A stretch of DNA of 64,000 nt from a virus. Location of the stretch: the IMG/VR virus record IMGVR_UViG_3300026130_000003, positions 8,017-72,016 of that record; one strand, 5' to 3'. Under the pieces are notes generated by a model. That model saw only the letters and a program-made list of their open reading frames with translations, ran no database searches and was not told the DNA's origin. Shown piece after piece: positions 22,901-31,835 of the stretch. The position numbers and the translations under genes were made by a program. The first letter of the stretch is position 1; each line of letters starts with the position of its first letter.

Positions 22901-24445
22901 AAACTGTTTCAATACGGTTGAACGACTAATAGATATTTGATGTAGCACTTCTTCTAGTATTTCAGTAGCCGTCTTGTATTGATTCGCAGGATCTTCTAAT
23001 AGTTTTCTAGTTAATGTAATAACCTTGTTTTTGTAATCATTGTACGCATGAGATAAAAATTCAAACGCTTCAATTGGATTATAATCATTACGTGTAAGAT
23101 AAAAATAACCTTGACGAATATCAACCTCGTGTGTTATCATTACGTTACCTTGATTATTGTAACGAATTTTGTTAGCAGGATCGCCTAGTGTGCGATAATT
23201 GTTGTTACCATTAGGTTCACCAGTTAAACCTGGAATAACGTCAATGATGTTAACAAAATGATCGAAAACTATACTGTATGGCAAATCCACACCAACGTAT
23301 GTTTGATTATCTATATTGAATTCTATAGATGGAGGCAACAGTTGGTAATGGTCTTCGTTTATGTTAGTGATAGTATCTTCGGTGTACAAATCAACATACA
23401 CATATTCACGAGTTGGAAAATCTAAAACAACTGTGTCTCCATTGAGTGAATAATTACCAAACTGTTTAACACCATTGATATAAACATCTATATCATTGAT
23501 ACTATTTGGTGTGAAGTGTAAAGGCAACTCTGTTTTTTCTTCAGCATTATCAAACTGTTCACGGATCTTTCTGAATTTAAATTCACACGGTATAGTTATT
23601 TTGTAGTTTACACCATCCACTCGGATAAAATTGTTAGGAGTTAGAGGAATATTAAATGTATATTCAGACTGATAATCTCCTGCTGTCAACTTAGGTCTTA
23701 GTTGTAGTTCATCATCAAAGGCTGCGAATTCCTCATCGCCGGTATATTCAAATACCGTAGATATACCAACAACGTTGCTTTCTAAATCATAAATTTCAAA
23801 TAACGGCAACTCAAATCCATTGTCAATCTTGTTAAGAGATTGAGTACTTAATTGCATTCTACCGTCAAATTCTATTATTGGTCGTTTCGCTTGTATAATT
23901 AAATCACTGTTCGACTCATTGATAAGATGATTGATATCGTTATGGTGGTACCACGAATTGTTATCAGACCACCAGTTTGAACCTGCTCTGTCCATAGTAA
24001 TATATGTTTTGTATTCAGATCCTGGGATGCTAGGATCAAAACCAGGAAGTACCCAGTAATACATTACCCAGTTAGCAAATTTATCTTTGTCAATTGGTAT
24101 GTTAATAGTTTCGTGTTTTTCAGTAAACAAACGGTGATGGTCATTAATCAACGCGCCTTTGTTGTACATGGCGTTAATTAAGTCATTGTAGAATATTCGG
24201 TCGTTTATAGAATCATTTGAGAATACAGGCTCTAGCGCATAATTTCTACGGTCATAGTTGTATGTTGGGTATGTCACATAGGCGTCATCAAACTTGTAGA
24301 TGCCGCCCTCCTTGCGTCCCACAAAGCCTCGCAATTTTTCAACTTCCCCGTCGGAAAATGCTCGCTCTATAGTCGATTCAAATATTGTTTCCAAGTTCTG
24401 ATTCTTCAGATGGCTTGGTAAAAAGTCGTATATTCTTTTAGTCAT
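13970..24445 (-). CDS. Giant baseplate wedge protein (gp7-like position), 3491 aa
   Basis: Follows the gp6-like gene. N-terminal YDFLPSHL, internal YFNETKPYHVKIR, many Ig-like repeats (YVNG..., DYTVD...ITF). Confidence 0.65.
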   Translation of the reverse strand: MTKRIYDFLPSHLKNQNLETIFESTIERAFSDGEVEKLRGFVGRKEGGIYKFDDAYVTYPTYNYDRRNYALEPVFSNDSINDRIFYNDLINAMYNKGALINDHHRLFTEKHETINIPIDKDKFANWVMYYWVLPGFDPSIPGSEYKTYITMDRAGSNWWSDNNSWYHHNDINHLINESNSDLIIQAKRPIIEFDGRMQLSTQSLNKIDNGFELPLFEIYDLESNVVGISTVFEYTGDEEFAAFDDELQLRPKLTAGDYQSEYTFNIPLTPNNFIRVDGVNYKITIPCEFKFRKIREQFDNAEEKTELPLHFTPNSINDIDVYINGVKQFGNYSLNGDTVVLDFPTREYVYVDLYTEDTITNINEDHYQLLPPSIEFNIDNQTYVGVDLPYSIVFDHFVNIIDVIPGLTGEPNGNNNYRTLGDPANKIRYNNQGNVMITHEVDIRQGYFYLTRNDYNPIEAFEFLSHAYNDYKNKVITLTRKLLEDPANQYKTATEILEEVLHQISISRSTVLKQFEGVDMLVFGSEFVHYEKGIISVVDGIQEQLLPSMANDVVEDKDLFVYVNGALKMLNIDYIVSATGNEIIFSPDYVPSSSDTIEVRLYTNKPESYMPPSATRLELAPLYIPRIVYDNEYDTPVNFILGHDGSKVPMFNDLTDDVLLEFERRIFNNVSSLENGAITYQPFTNFGLSNPEYSVFERNYIMYPFFKKWMDKNNIDALVNANYDPDDWKTWNYSNFTQIGVGHWRGIHLFLYGTDTIFDNPWAVLGLANKPSDFDTNFGSDYTSESFWIALTDYIATEYTAQLPIPVTSSNELKSIQELLNLDIDVTRDSIYLSDNWKFGDCSPIEMAWIRSSEYPYQAFNSMILQQPFSTFETYENAVKEAISFFSTRNGYDVNARTQELENYEFKLGTRFAGFVNNFKLFSENTSLNNSRYSEIPSDNYDIFLHAGEPNRSEFFSAVVLEKVSLDTEYPTYDIANVGDYNKGMIVLNPSDGKYYKRRVESPTQAEIDMSLTFDYTAWVMISQPQVSTVGYRLYGYDDANPRFYALDWDTASGIKVYATEGEQADLKPWSETTYYRKDEVIQYNNKPYVCLETHTSGRDFGDDAGNWKMLGEWPRINKITVTGYNNLRTDSVTTYNYGDILTLQQVAHLLIGYQEYSKLIGWDFTDRDADGNLIDFEYLLKKFLDWSEQQHDMGEFISLTPMLSTGSFTTPFGVASATRDYRQGFYRVVDQNGSRISLNQIQFLTTDGELSWASNTPIYGMAMDIIEIEHAMVIDREDSYGDVIYDPLMHNRNLRVLIDCNRTVGWDGTMTADGYIISEQKLIPNFETLVADTEKYRDTILDQNLEIINNLKASHMGYVPSTYLLNHGVEPESQMEFYKGFIAHKGTNQSVNLLVNKNSNIDEVEHGDVWAIKEAEYGVNDARQVVSVSVDPKNMVSEPLVVTFDNTEYPMVQTGKRSTASVKTSGYVDDRYVDYKVFTQQQLEDLSSDDIDEGDLAWVQFDQVRDWDVVRLSEIAEIGFVGETQDGQLYVILTNKVNTSEPVYLRIVDNGIEPEINSYYYLVEDGVVSSGYKYLVFETNYEPLTVEIDSTTSNSILSPSTEGTGVEAIGSVSFPIFAEGDNLYINGTPVTYTESNAQVQILIEGSRTIPFVKKNDQISIAVRNESGSLLNSTTNITFDGLTVTSVGAFAPSVGESFQIDGVTITIQPASISSIRLTSTATETTNVPNNRTITIDGTTVTVGPVIATATNIPADFTTTQQITINGNVITYDIADYAPANVITPQDIADGINAAGFAVSASINGGGYLVVESDGAYLEMLGSIVGSTGFGFTSSSLYRRTKFEDIASDITSSVTNVTSYTDSSNRLVIESGNPTMTISGNALTILGITAGTYNTIQEPTRSSVVNQINSASITGVTASVVSGNYIEIYKEGPKIQLSNVNTGTLESLGFTGDIEKYGYEQIVENINAVFSNNTAIAEAYFNTSTGVINIVSPNAQVDVTNVSGSALTDLGISPGIYTPPVGGGIVDAYVMRDLINAAGVGVSVSVSSDGRMIFTSDDIAITFDGTSQQILDSIGLVRDYTSAKSDPNFKIMRWKSVRFTPGYNGVNFNEFYTNLGLNSSSYIWADNYTTNRWAVLFRTEEGNVTTVALQSERVDTDLVKRVVTTDGTGNIQRYHIYDPLNGKFQGEIGKHIKFITWEDPAKYEYETSNKDTWYEEHVGEIWWDTNLVRYYRYNDYGDRLGNIDQSFARRNWGRLVPGSQIVIKRWSSATILPDYVTDYNEYTYFDIVKGKTITKYYFWEAFEEDTGNIRVDDIRRMLVNNDTSYKFFPIDGNTIVLTNHKNDFTGDSSVKYDLHYDLVDVKGGLHTEWRLISELLDNAETDVIIDIVKNNLANIEIVDSVAVEMSQGDIDNGFDGIEFTYDFITSADYDTLVITVNNAIVEPNNFVIDGDMVTLNYSSDYVAGDVVRIYKVKPLENNFFYDPFIARRNFASLFDDMFKFTFIDRFAPTRENYITVEDSIFYLKPWAITEEFIEPPKYQYLSRLRSFDMIDLYNQGVISFKVQEDGIDEYFVEFNGNLQIVHRTDSAMGIDFDRAPSGNPQSYYENFTGIQLLEFFTMMEYYATHDMLKEMAIEMINYRMTEEQEATDIVKTSYIDLIFNYRPLAQHAVYQRDSYQDMIDYFNETKPYHVKIRDIESKYTLQDDITASIDDSHHMDIDMYYGWYEVADFVIEEEYTASNPYVIENFMSYFEKSSLVGHEIDIYVEEEHRDYEVHRVEETFVSDGSATISIAANSNVVTQVKIKSGQETTLVLDRDYTVDYNAHTITFVTAPAIDDEITVTRSYEVTQINTIESQYQNDGVSIRHMYKLRPEYYKIVGDDIIFNTEGVREEDMPFDGSYNGKSFLPEIGEHVQLVLRESRYEEYRVDGNADFDTDNEHEGGSLLRVIDEYTSEADGLPEGMMPTHIKESVFNTISDSGSGDILEFQVYDNWGRAFRMIVNGVTTVTDFTGDKLTVADGSIFRNASEQDRVIIAINNGTHTEFMSYKTLDGNVLTINKRAEFTNLYREIASGDTVYVFRDDYNFPQSKSGLTGITLTSNVPSSGSSSSSMDDLQGYLAYVWAVSPSSDVADPTDTNHPNYDIDFKPILDRNINHVWLYDKAPPLPARVDQTGTTTIDIDPDWIYLIGGRNANWTGDEHRIDYEFLDSNDNVVGAARQMFSATFKSRIYHGPDLANLVHSGDTGTYPNVNGYWFIENDALYFRTVPDGNNAYQYDFIQQFSSTPTKLRISNAYAESNYSTTGGAYGSLRIQNAEANQVITQQEDWWVTLDDYASYNTSQYSTDGTVLSINDNGSPSALTLLFNEDRYITYAEVEFRVTNDGIGDAGSLSLNGFLGLNPMRERLVDSQQRPRINGKFVGSKVVIGQWMKLVARRIDSTHMELILKNADTGNIVDLWIDEVSLVPSDRINFSNGDGSSYSGLMETEYRNLVIRYYTI

Positions 24446-24461
24446 TCAATCATTCATCCAA

Positions 24462-27400
24462 TCATTTAGATAGGTTATCTACAATATTAATATCCTTAGA
24501 AGACGTTACCGCCAAGAATATTTCATCTTTCTCACATGTAATACTTAGCACATCTCCTAGTGTACTTGTTTCAAGTTTAGGATTAATCTTAACACTTGAA
24601 ATGTAATCACCCAACTCTGCATGTAGGTATGCGGCTAGTTCTGAGAAATAGAACGTATCGCCAAAGTCCCAGTTAGATAGAGCAAAGTATTCATTAATCT
24701 TAGTCGCAACTGCTGTTTTAGTTTCACTGTTAGTAAACGGTGAACCTTGACGTTTGATTACATCAAAGTATGCCTGATTTTCTGTATCGGCATACTCACC
24801 AAACAAGTACTTAAACTTGACTGGGATATAACTAATGTGGTCTGCAATTGCTGCTTTCGGTTCAATAGACTTCATAATCTTACGTAGTTCATATGCGTTA
24901 GGAGCAGATGGTCTAACACCGTTAAATTGATTAGAAATCCATTCATTAACACGGTTGACATAATCCGTAGACAATACATACATATCAATAATGTTTGAAG
25001 TGTCAATATCAATACGTTTTTCTTTGTCAGCATAGTGATCCCAACGGAAGCCCATTAGATTATCTTCAGCATACGAAATACCTTCAACAACTCGGTACGC
25101 TGTACTGTCTATAACAATTTGTGTTTTATCTGCTGATAGTGTATAATCCTCTGCTGTAAAGTCATTTAATGCAACCCATACACCACCGCGGTTGACGTAC
25201 CAAGAAACTACTGTAGCAGTATTATCCAGTTGTCTTTCCATTTCAACATAGATTAATGAATCTGGATCGATATCGTTATCTTCAGTAGATCCGTAGTCTG
25301 CGTAACCGTATTCGTACACTCGTTCATAGTCTAACCCTGCAACATTGTAACTTTGTAGTATTACATGTTTAGGGAAGTCTACACGTTCATCAAATGATTC
25401 TAAACGGTATTCAACTTTCAAGAAGAATTCACCATCATTTGCAGTAGCGTCAGCCAAATCTACTTGTTGATATGTAAACGTAGTTGCAGTCACATCAGTA
25501 ACTAGCACATAGCCATTGAATGATGTATCTGTGACGTTTTTAACTTGTACATAATCGCCCACGTTTATACCATGTGCGTTTGCTGTAGTAGCAACAGTTA
25601 AACCGCCTGTTCGAACAAGAGAAACAAGTGCGTCATCTCTAGTTAAACGAATAGTAGAAGAATTGAATTCTACATCGGCATTAAACGGCACACTGTCTTT
25701 ATAAATTGTTGTGTCGGCAACTTGGGACCACTGAGTGAATATATTCACTTCGGATAGAATCCACCAGTTGTTGTCTCTCAAATCATAAAATGCTTCTACG
25801 CCATTTGCTTTGTGAATCAATGGCGGTTCAGTTTCTCCGGGTTGGAGAGTATCAACAACCGCATTATTTGTAGTGCTACCATCGGTACTGCTACTAATAA
25901 TAAATGTATTATCTTCATCGTATTCATACACTTTGGCAACAGAGTATCTTTTCTCTATGTCAAAACCATGCATTATGTCTAGCATACCAGTCGGGTTACG
26001 GTCTTTAGAAATAGTTGTCAATTCTACTTTGTGATTGTCTTCATGCCCACTAGGTGTCAAGAATTTATCAGCAATGTATGTTTCAATTTCTTTGAATCGT
26101 TCTGTGTATGTTCTAACTCTATCAGATACAGAAATTGTAGCACTTAGTTTGACATGATAGTTATTTAGGTTGTCAGCAATTGTACCGACCCATGCGGTAA
26201 CTGTTTCTCCTACACCAGGATTTGTTGTCCAATATACTGCGGCATATGTATTAGTAAACAACGCCGTTCGGTCAACAAGTTCTATATGTTCTTGGTCGTA
26301 TACTTCTTTTGATAATGTCATCGTATACAAACTTTCTTCATCTAGTACACGATTCAAGTAATCATTTTCATCATATACAAACTCTATTTCGCCGTATGGT
26401 ACTTGTTTAAAGAATATGTCATATTGATCATTATCTAACAAGTCAATACTAAATGTTGACATTTTAGGTATTGTAAAGACAAATTTCTCGTTTGCAGGAT
26501 CCCAAGTGGTAGAAAACTGCGTCTGTACACCTTTGTCTCCAGGTTGTGCGTCTTCTATTGTGCCAGGCAAATCAGATTCGTCAATCCACATAAACTTGCC
26601 TTCATTGCCTGCGCTGTTAAAATATTCTAACGTAGGCTCACCTTTGAAACCTCGGTCAATCAATTGTTGAGGTGTCGCTTGAATTGTGTAGAATGAAGGG
26701 GTGTTACATGCTGTTAAGTTTTCAACAAGGAAAGACGATGTAGCATTAGTATCAGAAATGTTTATTTCGTCTGAATCTGTTACTGGATATCCTGAAGTAG
26801 GAATATTAATTTCTAGCAAGTCCGAACTTATATCATCAAATACAATATTATCCCAACATACTTGATATTCAGGAGCCTCACCAATCAATGTCCCGTTTCC
26901 TGTCAATTCAAGTTTTTCTAACAAGAACACAGGACCGAATGGTGTAGCGAGTTCATACTTGTAATCGACTTTTTCTACAATTTCAGGACCATTATTAAAT
27001 ACTTCATTCTCAAACATGTTAAAGAATGATGCGTTAGTGATACCATCAGCCAATGCAAAGTCAGCACAAATAGTTGCAAGACCTGTATTTTCGTCTAACG
27101 TGTAATTAATCGGAGCATATGCAATGTTTACCTTATACTCAGTTTTATCTGCACCCAATTCACCTGATAACACACTGCCATCGTTGTAGTTAATAGAAAG
27201 TGTATCACGAGTTGCTAGATTTGTTTCACTGTCAATTACAATGTCTTCGTTGTTGTAGTAAAATTTTACTTGATTAGCACTTTCAAATACTACTTTCTTA
27301 CCAGTGAATGTAATCTCAAACTTAGAAGTATTTTCACGAGTTCCTGGTGCATATGTTACTAAGAATTGTAAGTCTTCGTTTGGATTTGCATCAGAAACAT

Positions 27401-29348
27401 TCCAAGAATAACTTTCCACATCGAAGAACACATAAAAAGATTCTGTACTTTCATCTGTTAGTTTTTCTTCAATAATGTCAATGTCTTGTTCTGAGAACTT
27501 GGTCACTGGTGCTTTAAACAAACGTGAGAAACCAATAACTTCGTTAATATCATTCTTAACCAGTATACGGTCAAGAACTATATCACCATTAATATCAATT
27601 GCTTGTGCTTGGAACCATTCACCGCGCAGTCTTAGGTAGTCACCTGATTCTACAAGTTCATGTATGATTGGATTGATAACACGACCGCGAAGTGGATCTA
27701 ATGCATTTGGTTGCCAGTATTCAGCAAGTAGTTTGTCAAAATCGTACTCACCACGGTATGAATAAAAATAGTTATTCAACATGCTCGGGTGTTTTAATAC
27801 CTGAACAAGTCTATTGGCAATGAAGTTTCTTGCATCACCTACGCCACGCTGGAACAGCATGGACAAATAAATTTCGTCTTCATCCACATACACCGAGCCA
27901 TCAGTGCCTGTTACGTGAATGTTAGAATGGTGTCCGGTAACGTCGGATGCTTCAAAGTATCGTGAATTCCCGGCGAAAGTTGTATTAACTGATTTCAGTT
28001 TAGTGACAATGTTCGTACCTAAGGTGTATGGAAGAATATTATAATCCTGTCCGTTCACCATTCTATCTTGCGCATAATATGCACGAGGTGCTATGCGTCT
28101 AACGCTAGTGTAATTTTCCCCTTCAAAATTTTCTGCGAAATCTCGGGTACTTTCAAGAGTTAGCGTTAATCTATAGGATCTATTATCAGCCCCCCTATAT
28201 GTAATATTTATAGAGGCTTCTTTAATATCATTACTATTAACAGAAAATGCTTCATTTTCTACCTTACGGAACCACACACGGTAACGACCATATGCAGCAT
28301 TACCAAAGATACCGTCTGGGTATTGAATACGAATCTGATTGTTATCTGCTGTATGAATAGATGCCATATCACCATTACCATCACGGAAAATGTTGTATAT
28401 AGCAGTTTCACGAGTATCATTGTCTATAACTTTTACTTCATTAAGAACTTTACCGTTGTCATCTATACGTTGAATCCAAACATCACTGTTAGAAATGTTA
28501 GGTTCAGTAATCACTTCAATGCGATTTGATAGTCTTGAAGTGTAATGGAAATCTCTATATTGTAGGTCTCCTGCTTTAGCATACATAAAGAAACCAGTGC
28601 GGTCACTAGATGGTCCTAGGTTATCACTGCGAGATATAAGTGTAATGTTACGCTCAGGATCAGGCATTGCTTCTACTACATCGTTATCATCAATCTTGGC
28701 ACGAACTGTTTCGAATGTTCTACCTTTACCAGCAACTGTAGAATTGAACGAGTATTTTACAGATTTGGAATCGTTGTCTTCATTGAAAAAGAATAAATCA
28801 GTTTTTACTTGATTAACGAGTGCTGAACCAGCGGGTTGGTCTAGTTTTGTTTCACCGTCCAATGCAGAGTTAAGAACAGTAACAAAGTTATCGTACCATG
28901 ATACATCATTAGGATCGTTCCAACGAATTACACGGTTAGCAAGTGTGTTACCTGTAGAGTCATAAACATCTTCGGTTGTACGAACACTTTTGATTTTCAT
29001 AAAACCACGAGCATTAAGTGGTCGTGTCTTATTGTAGCCTAGAGTGCGAGCCATTCTTAAGATACTTTCTCTGCGTTCTGCTGTATCTAAGAAGTTTTCA
29101 CGGGTATTCATATCCATTCGGAAAGCAAGAGCATGACCAAAGTATGCAACAAGGTCTACTATCGCAACAAATTCTGAACTTGCAATCAAGTCGTTAAATT
29201 TGTCTGGATATGTTTCGGACACGTATGTTAATAGTGCCTCTCTTATATTATCAAAATCGTAAGCCTTAAGACTTACATTGGTGAAAGCGGTATATACTGT
29301 TGTCCAACTTTCGCCCGCAAATAATTTGTCTACTCGTTCTAGCGCCAT
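24462..29348 (-). CDS. gp6: Baseplate wedge subunit, gp6-like, 1628 aa
   Basis: DFDNIREAL...SSEF...RENFLDTAERRESILRMARTLGY, AQDRMVNGQDY, WDFGDTFYFSEL. Confidence 0.8.
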   Translation of the reverse strand: MALERVDKLFAGESWTTVYTAFTNVSLKAYDFDNIREALLTYVSETYPDKFNDLIASSEFVAIVDLVAYFGHALAFRMDMNTRENFLDTAERRESILRMARTLGYNKTRPLNARGFMKIKSVRTTEDVYDSTGNTLANRVIRWNDPNDVSWYDNFVTVLNSALDGETKLDQPAGSALVNQVKTDLFFFNEDNDSKSVKYSFNSTVAGKGRTFETVRAKIDDNDVVEAMPDPERNITLISRSDNLGPSSDRTGFFMYAKAGDLQYRDFHYTSRLSNRIEVITEPNISNSDVWIQRIDDNGKVLNEVKVIDNDTRETAIYNIFRDGNGDMASIHTADNNQIRIQYPDGIFGNAAYGRYRVWFRKVENEAFSVNSNDIKEASINITYRGADNRSYRLTLTLESTRDFAENFEGENYTSVRRIAPRAYYAQDRMVNGQDYNILPYTLGTNIVTKLKSVNTTFAGNSRYFEASDVTGHHSNIHVTGTDGSVYVDEDEIYLSMLFQRGVGDARNFIANRLVQVLKHPSMLNNYFYSYRGEYDFDKLLAEYWQPNALDPLRGRVINPIIHELVESGDYLRLRGEWFQAQAIDINGDIVLDRILVKNDINEVIGFSRLFKAPVTKFSEQDIDIIEEKLTDESTESFYVFFDVESYSWNVSDANPNEDLQFLVTYAPGTRENTSKFEITFTGKKVVFESANQVKFYYNNEDIVIDSETNLATRDTLSINYNDGSVLSGELGADKTEYKVNIAYAPINYTLDENTGLATICADFALADGITNASFFNMFENEVFNNGPEIVEKVDYKYELATPFGPVFLLEKLELTGNGTLIGEAPEYQVCWDNIVFDDISSDLLEINIPTSGYPVTDSDEINISDTNATSSFLVENLTACNTPSFYTIQATPQQLIDRGFKGEPTLEYFNSAGNEGKFMWIDESDLPGTIEDAQPGDKGVQTQFSTTWDPANEKFVFTIPKMSTFSIDLLDNDQYDIFFKQVPYGEIEFVYDENDYLNRVLDEESLYTMTLSKEVYDQEHIELVDRTALFTNTYAAVYWTTNPGVGETVTAWVGTIADNLNNYHVKLSATISVSDRVRTYTERFKEIETYIADKFLTPSGHEDNHKVELTTISKDRNPTGMLDIMHGFDIEKRYSVAKVYEYDEDNTFIISSSTDGSTTNNAVVDTLQPGETEPPLIHKANGVEAFYDLRDNNWWILSEVNIFTQWSQVADTTIYKDSVPFNADVEFNSSTIRLTRDDALVSLVRTGGLTVATTANAHGINVGDYVQVKNVTDTSFNGYVLVTDVTATTFTYQQVDLADATANDGEFFLKVEYRLESFDERVDFPKHVILQSYNVAGLDYERVYEYGYADYGSTEDNDIDPDSLIYVEMERQLDNTATVVSWYVNRGGVWVALNDFTAEDYTLSADKTQIVIDSTAYRVVEGISYAEDNLMGFRWDHYADKEKRIDIDTSNIIDMYVLSTDYVNRVNEWISNQFNGVRPSAPNAYELRKIMKSIEPKAAIADHISYIPVKFKYLFGEYADTENQAYFDVIKRQGSPFTNSETKTAVATKINEYFALSNWDFGDTFYFSELAAYLHAELGDYISSVKINPKLETSTLGDVLSITCEKDEIFLAVTSSKDINIVDNLSK

Positions 29349-29352
29349 TACT

Positions 29353-29721
29353 TTATCTCTCTATATTAATTTGAAGCAATTCTACTTCGTTTGCTGGTAA
29401 AATGTTAATTTGTATGTCTGCCGACAATGTGTGATCCGTCTCGTACACGCGTATTGAAATTGCTTCTGCTCTAGGATCATTATTAATTATCTCTCGTAAA
29501 TCATCCTCAACTAAACCCCTAACATCGGTAGTTAGCGGTTCAAAAATTAAGTCGTGAATGATACTTCCATAACGAGGCATCATTATGCGCTCACCTTTAC
29601 GTGTCATAATTTCGTTAAGCAAATCTTCGACTACTAGGTCTTTACCTGTCAATCTATCGTTGATTGCCTTGATGTTCTTTGAACTGAATCCAGTGTAGTT
29701 AATCATGTTTTTCGGTCTCAC
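29353..29721 (-). CDS. gp25: Baseplate wedge / sheath initiator, gp25-like
   Basis: DLLNEIMTRKGERIMMPRYGSIIHDLIFEP...DPR is the GPW/gp25 signature. Confidence 0.88.
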   Translation of the reverse strand: MRPKNMINYTGFSSKNIKAINDRLTGKDLVVEDLLNEIMTRKGERIMMPRYGSIIHDLIFEPLTTDVRGLVEDDLREIINNDPRAEAISIRVYETDHTLSADIQINILPANEVELLQINIER

Positions 29722-29734
29722 AATTCATTTAATA

Positions 29735-29764
29735 GTATTTATCACCGTATAAACTACGAAGTTT
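29735..29764 (-). promoter_or_regulatory. Late promoter GATAAATA with a conserved upstream element (second copy at 38215-38244)
   Basis: GTATTTATC-nn-CGTATAAACTACGAAGTTT occurs at both sites, 28 of 30 nt identical. Confidence 0.65.
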
Positions 29765-29784
29765 GAGGATTTCTAGTTATGGAA

Positions 29785-29806
29785 AACCCTAGAAAATTCT
29801 AGGGTT
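29785..29806 (-). terminator. Hairpin after the FG-GAP gene, possible intrinsic terminator
   Basis: AACCCTAGA-ATTT-TCTAGGGTT followed by only a short U run. Confidence 0.45.
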
Positions 29807-29816
29807 ATTATTTTCC

Positions 29817-31097
29817 TTAACTTAATTCGAATATGTATGCTTTACCTGAATCGACACCATCTGCATCGTCTTCCGTATGTGCGCTTACAATAGCATAGTT
29901 ACCAGAAATGCTTACAAAATTACCGAAATAATCGCCAGCACTTGTACTGAATGCGTTTGGATTGTCTATTGTAGCAACTAAAGTTCCAGTCGTAACATCA
30001 AATATGTATGCTTTACCCGAACCATCACCATTTGCATCGTCTTCACTAGATGCGCCTACAATAGCATAGTTACCAGAGATACTTACTGATGTACCGAAAT
30101 AATCACTAGCACTTGTACTGAATGCGTTTGGATTGTCTAGTGTATATAATAAGTTACCAGTCGTAACATCAAAGATGTATGCTTTACCCGAACCATCACC
30201 ATCTGCATCGTCTTCCGTATGTGCGCTTACAATAGCATAGTTACCAGAAATACTTACTGACCAACCGAAATAATCACTAGCACTTGTACTGAATGCATTT
30301 GGATTGGCTAGTGTATATAATAAGTTACCAGTCGTAACATCAAAGATGTATGCTTTACCCGAATCCGTGCCACTAGCATCACCTTCTCGATATGCACCTA
30401 CAATAGCATAGTTACCATCAATACTTACGGATTGTCCGAAATTATCATTAGTACTTGTACTGTATGGGTTTGGATCGTCTAGTGTATGCAACAAGTTACC
30501 AGTTGTCACATCAAAGATGTATGCTTTACCTGAGTTAATAACACTTGCATCATCTTCATACCATGCGCCCACAATTGCGTAGTTTCCATCAATACTTACT
30601 GATATACCGAAATTATCATGTAAACTGGTACTGTATGGATTTGGATTGTCTAGTGTGTGTAACAAGTTACCAGTTGTTACATCGAATATGTATGCTTTAC
30701 CTGAATTAGTACCGCCTGCATCGTCTTCATAGTGTGCGCTTACAATAGCATAGTTACCAGAGATACTTACTGATGCACCGAAATAATCACTAGAACTTGT
30801 ACTGAATGCATTTGGATTATCTAGCGTATGTAGTAAATTACCTGTAGTCACATCAAATATGTATGCTTTACCTGAATTGAAGCCGCCGTCAGCATCTTCT
30901 TCATTGACTGCACCTATAATTGCGTAATTACCAGAAATACTTACTGATCGACCGAAATAATCACTTTGACTCGTACTGTATGCATTTGGATTATCTAGTG
31001 TTTTTCTTAATGTTGCTGTTACGGTTGGTGGTATGATAACCGAAGTTGTACCCACCGATCTTGTTAACTGTGTATTGTTGAATCTTATTTTTGCCAT
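29817..31097 (-). CDS. FG-GAP / integrin-alpha-like seven-bladed beta-propeller protein
   Basis: Seven ~57-aa repeats [38 protein letters not shown]. AAGGAG RBS. Late box at 31129-31136. Confidence 0.88.
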   Translation of the reverse strand: MAKIRFNNTQLTRSVGTTSVIIPPTVTATLRKTLDNPNAYSTSQSDYFGRSVSISGNYAIIGAVNEEDADGGFNSGKAYIFDVTTGNLLHTLDNPNAFSTSSSDYFGASVSISGNYAIVSAHYEDDAGGTNSGKAYIFDVTTGNLLHTLDNPNPYSTSLHDNFGISVSIDGNYAIVGAWYEDDASVINSGKAYIFDVTTGNLLHTLDDPNPYSTSTNDNFGQSVSIDGNYAIVGAYREGDASGTDSGKAYIFDVTTGNLLYTLANPNAFSTSASDYFGWSVSISGNYAIVSAHTEDDADGDGSGKAYIFDVTTGNLLYTLDNPNAFSTSASDYFGTSVSISGNYAIVGASSEDDANGDGSGKAYIFDVTTGTLVATIDNPNAFSTSAGDYFGNFVSISGNYAIVSAHTEDDADGVDSGKAYIFELS

Positions 31098-31143
31098 TCA
31101 CTGGTCTCCTTGTTAAAACAGTTTTATCTATTTATCAAAATCA

Positions 31144-31172
31144 TTGACAACTTGTGTATAAGTTGTTATTAT
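31144..31172 (+). promoter_or_regulatory. Sigma70-type promoter for clpP (TTGACA-N17-TATTAT, extended TGn)
   Basis: Motif read directly. Confidence 0.6.
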
Positions 31173-31208
31173 AGAAGAACACAAACTAACAAAAGGAATA
31201 TTTCTATT

Positions 31209-31835
31209 ATGGCATTAGTACCAATGGTCATTGAACAAACACCTCAAGGTGAACGTGCAATGGATATCAAATCACGCTTACTAAAAGAGCGTGTATTGTT
31301 TCTTACAGGAGTAGTAGACGACCACATTTCAGATTTGATTTGTACTCAACTATTGTTCTTAGAGGCAGACAACCCAGAAAAAGATATCCATCTGTATATC
31401 AACTCGCCGGGCGGTAGCGTAACTGCTGGCTTGGCAATGTATGATACTATGCAATTCATCAAGTGTGACGTAACTACTACGGTTATGGGTCAGGCAGCAT
31501 CAATGGGATCTTTCTTAGCACAAGCAGGAGCACCAGGAAAACGTTTTGTGCTTCCAGAATCTCGTACTATGATTCACCGTGTATCATCAGGAACTCCTGG
31601 CACACGTGGTTCTGTACACGTTCAAGAACTAGAATTCGAAGATGCTCGCCGTCACTTTGAAGAGTCTAAGCGACTAAATGAGCGACTAACCCAGTTGTAT
31701 GTTAAACACAATACCGCAGGCAAACAATATGAAGAGTTGTTCAATACTATGAAGTTTGATACATTCTTGTCTGCGGAAGAAGCAGTTGCAAACGGTTTTG
31801 CTGACCGTGTTCTGGCAAGTCGTGAAGAACTTTAA
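31209..31835 (+). CDS. clpP: ATP-dependent Clp protease proteolytic subunit
   Basis: Likely start [10 protein letters not shown] at 31209 after [24 protein letters not shown], catalytic S (GQAASMG), H (MIH) and D (FDTF). Confidence 0.93.
   Translation: MALVPMVIEQTPQGERAMDIKSRLLKERVLFLTGVVDDHISDLICTQLLFLEADNPEKDIHLYINSPGGSVTAGLAMYDTMQFIKCDVTTTVMGQAASMGSFLAQAGAPGKRFVLPESRTMIHRVSSGTPGTRGSVHVQELEFEDARRHFEESKRLNERLTQLYVKHNTAGKQYEELFNTMKFDTFLSAEEAVANGFADRVLASREEL

Noticed and set aside
29817-31097. Diversity-generating retroelement template/variable repeat pair with 1..1290
   Set aside because: No reverse transcriptase in the window, both copies are coding, and the differences are not adenine-specific.
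31110-31208. Track N-terminal extensions of clpP (and similarly of gp47, the Hc1-like gene, 42376.. and the resolvase)
   Set aside because: Better starts with an RBS or family-typical N-termini lie downstream, and the extensions run over promoters or neighbouring genes.
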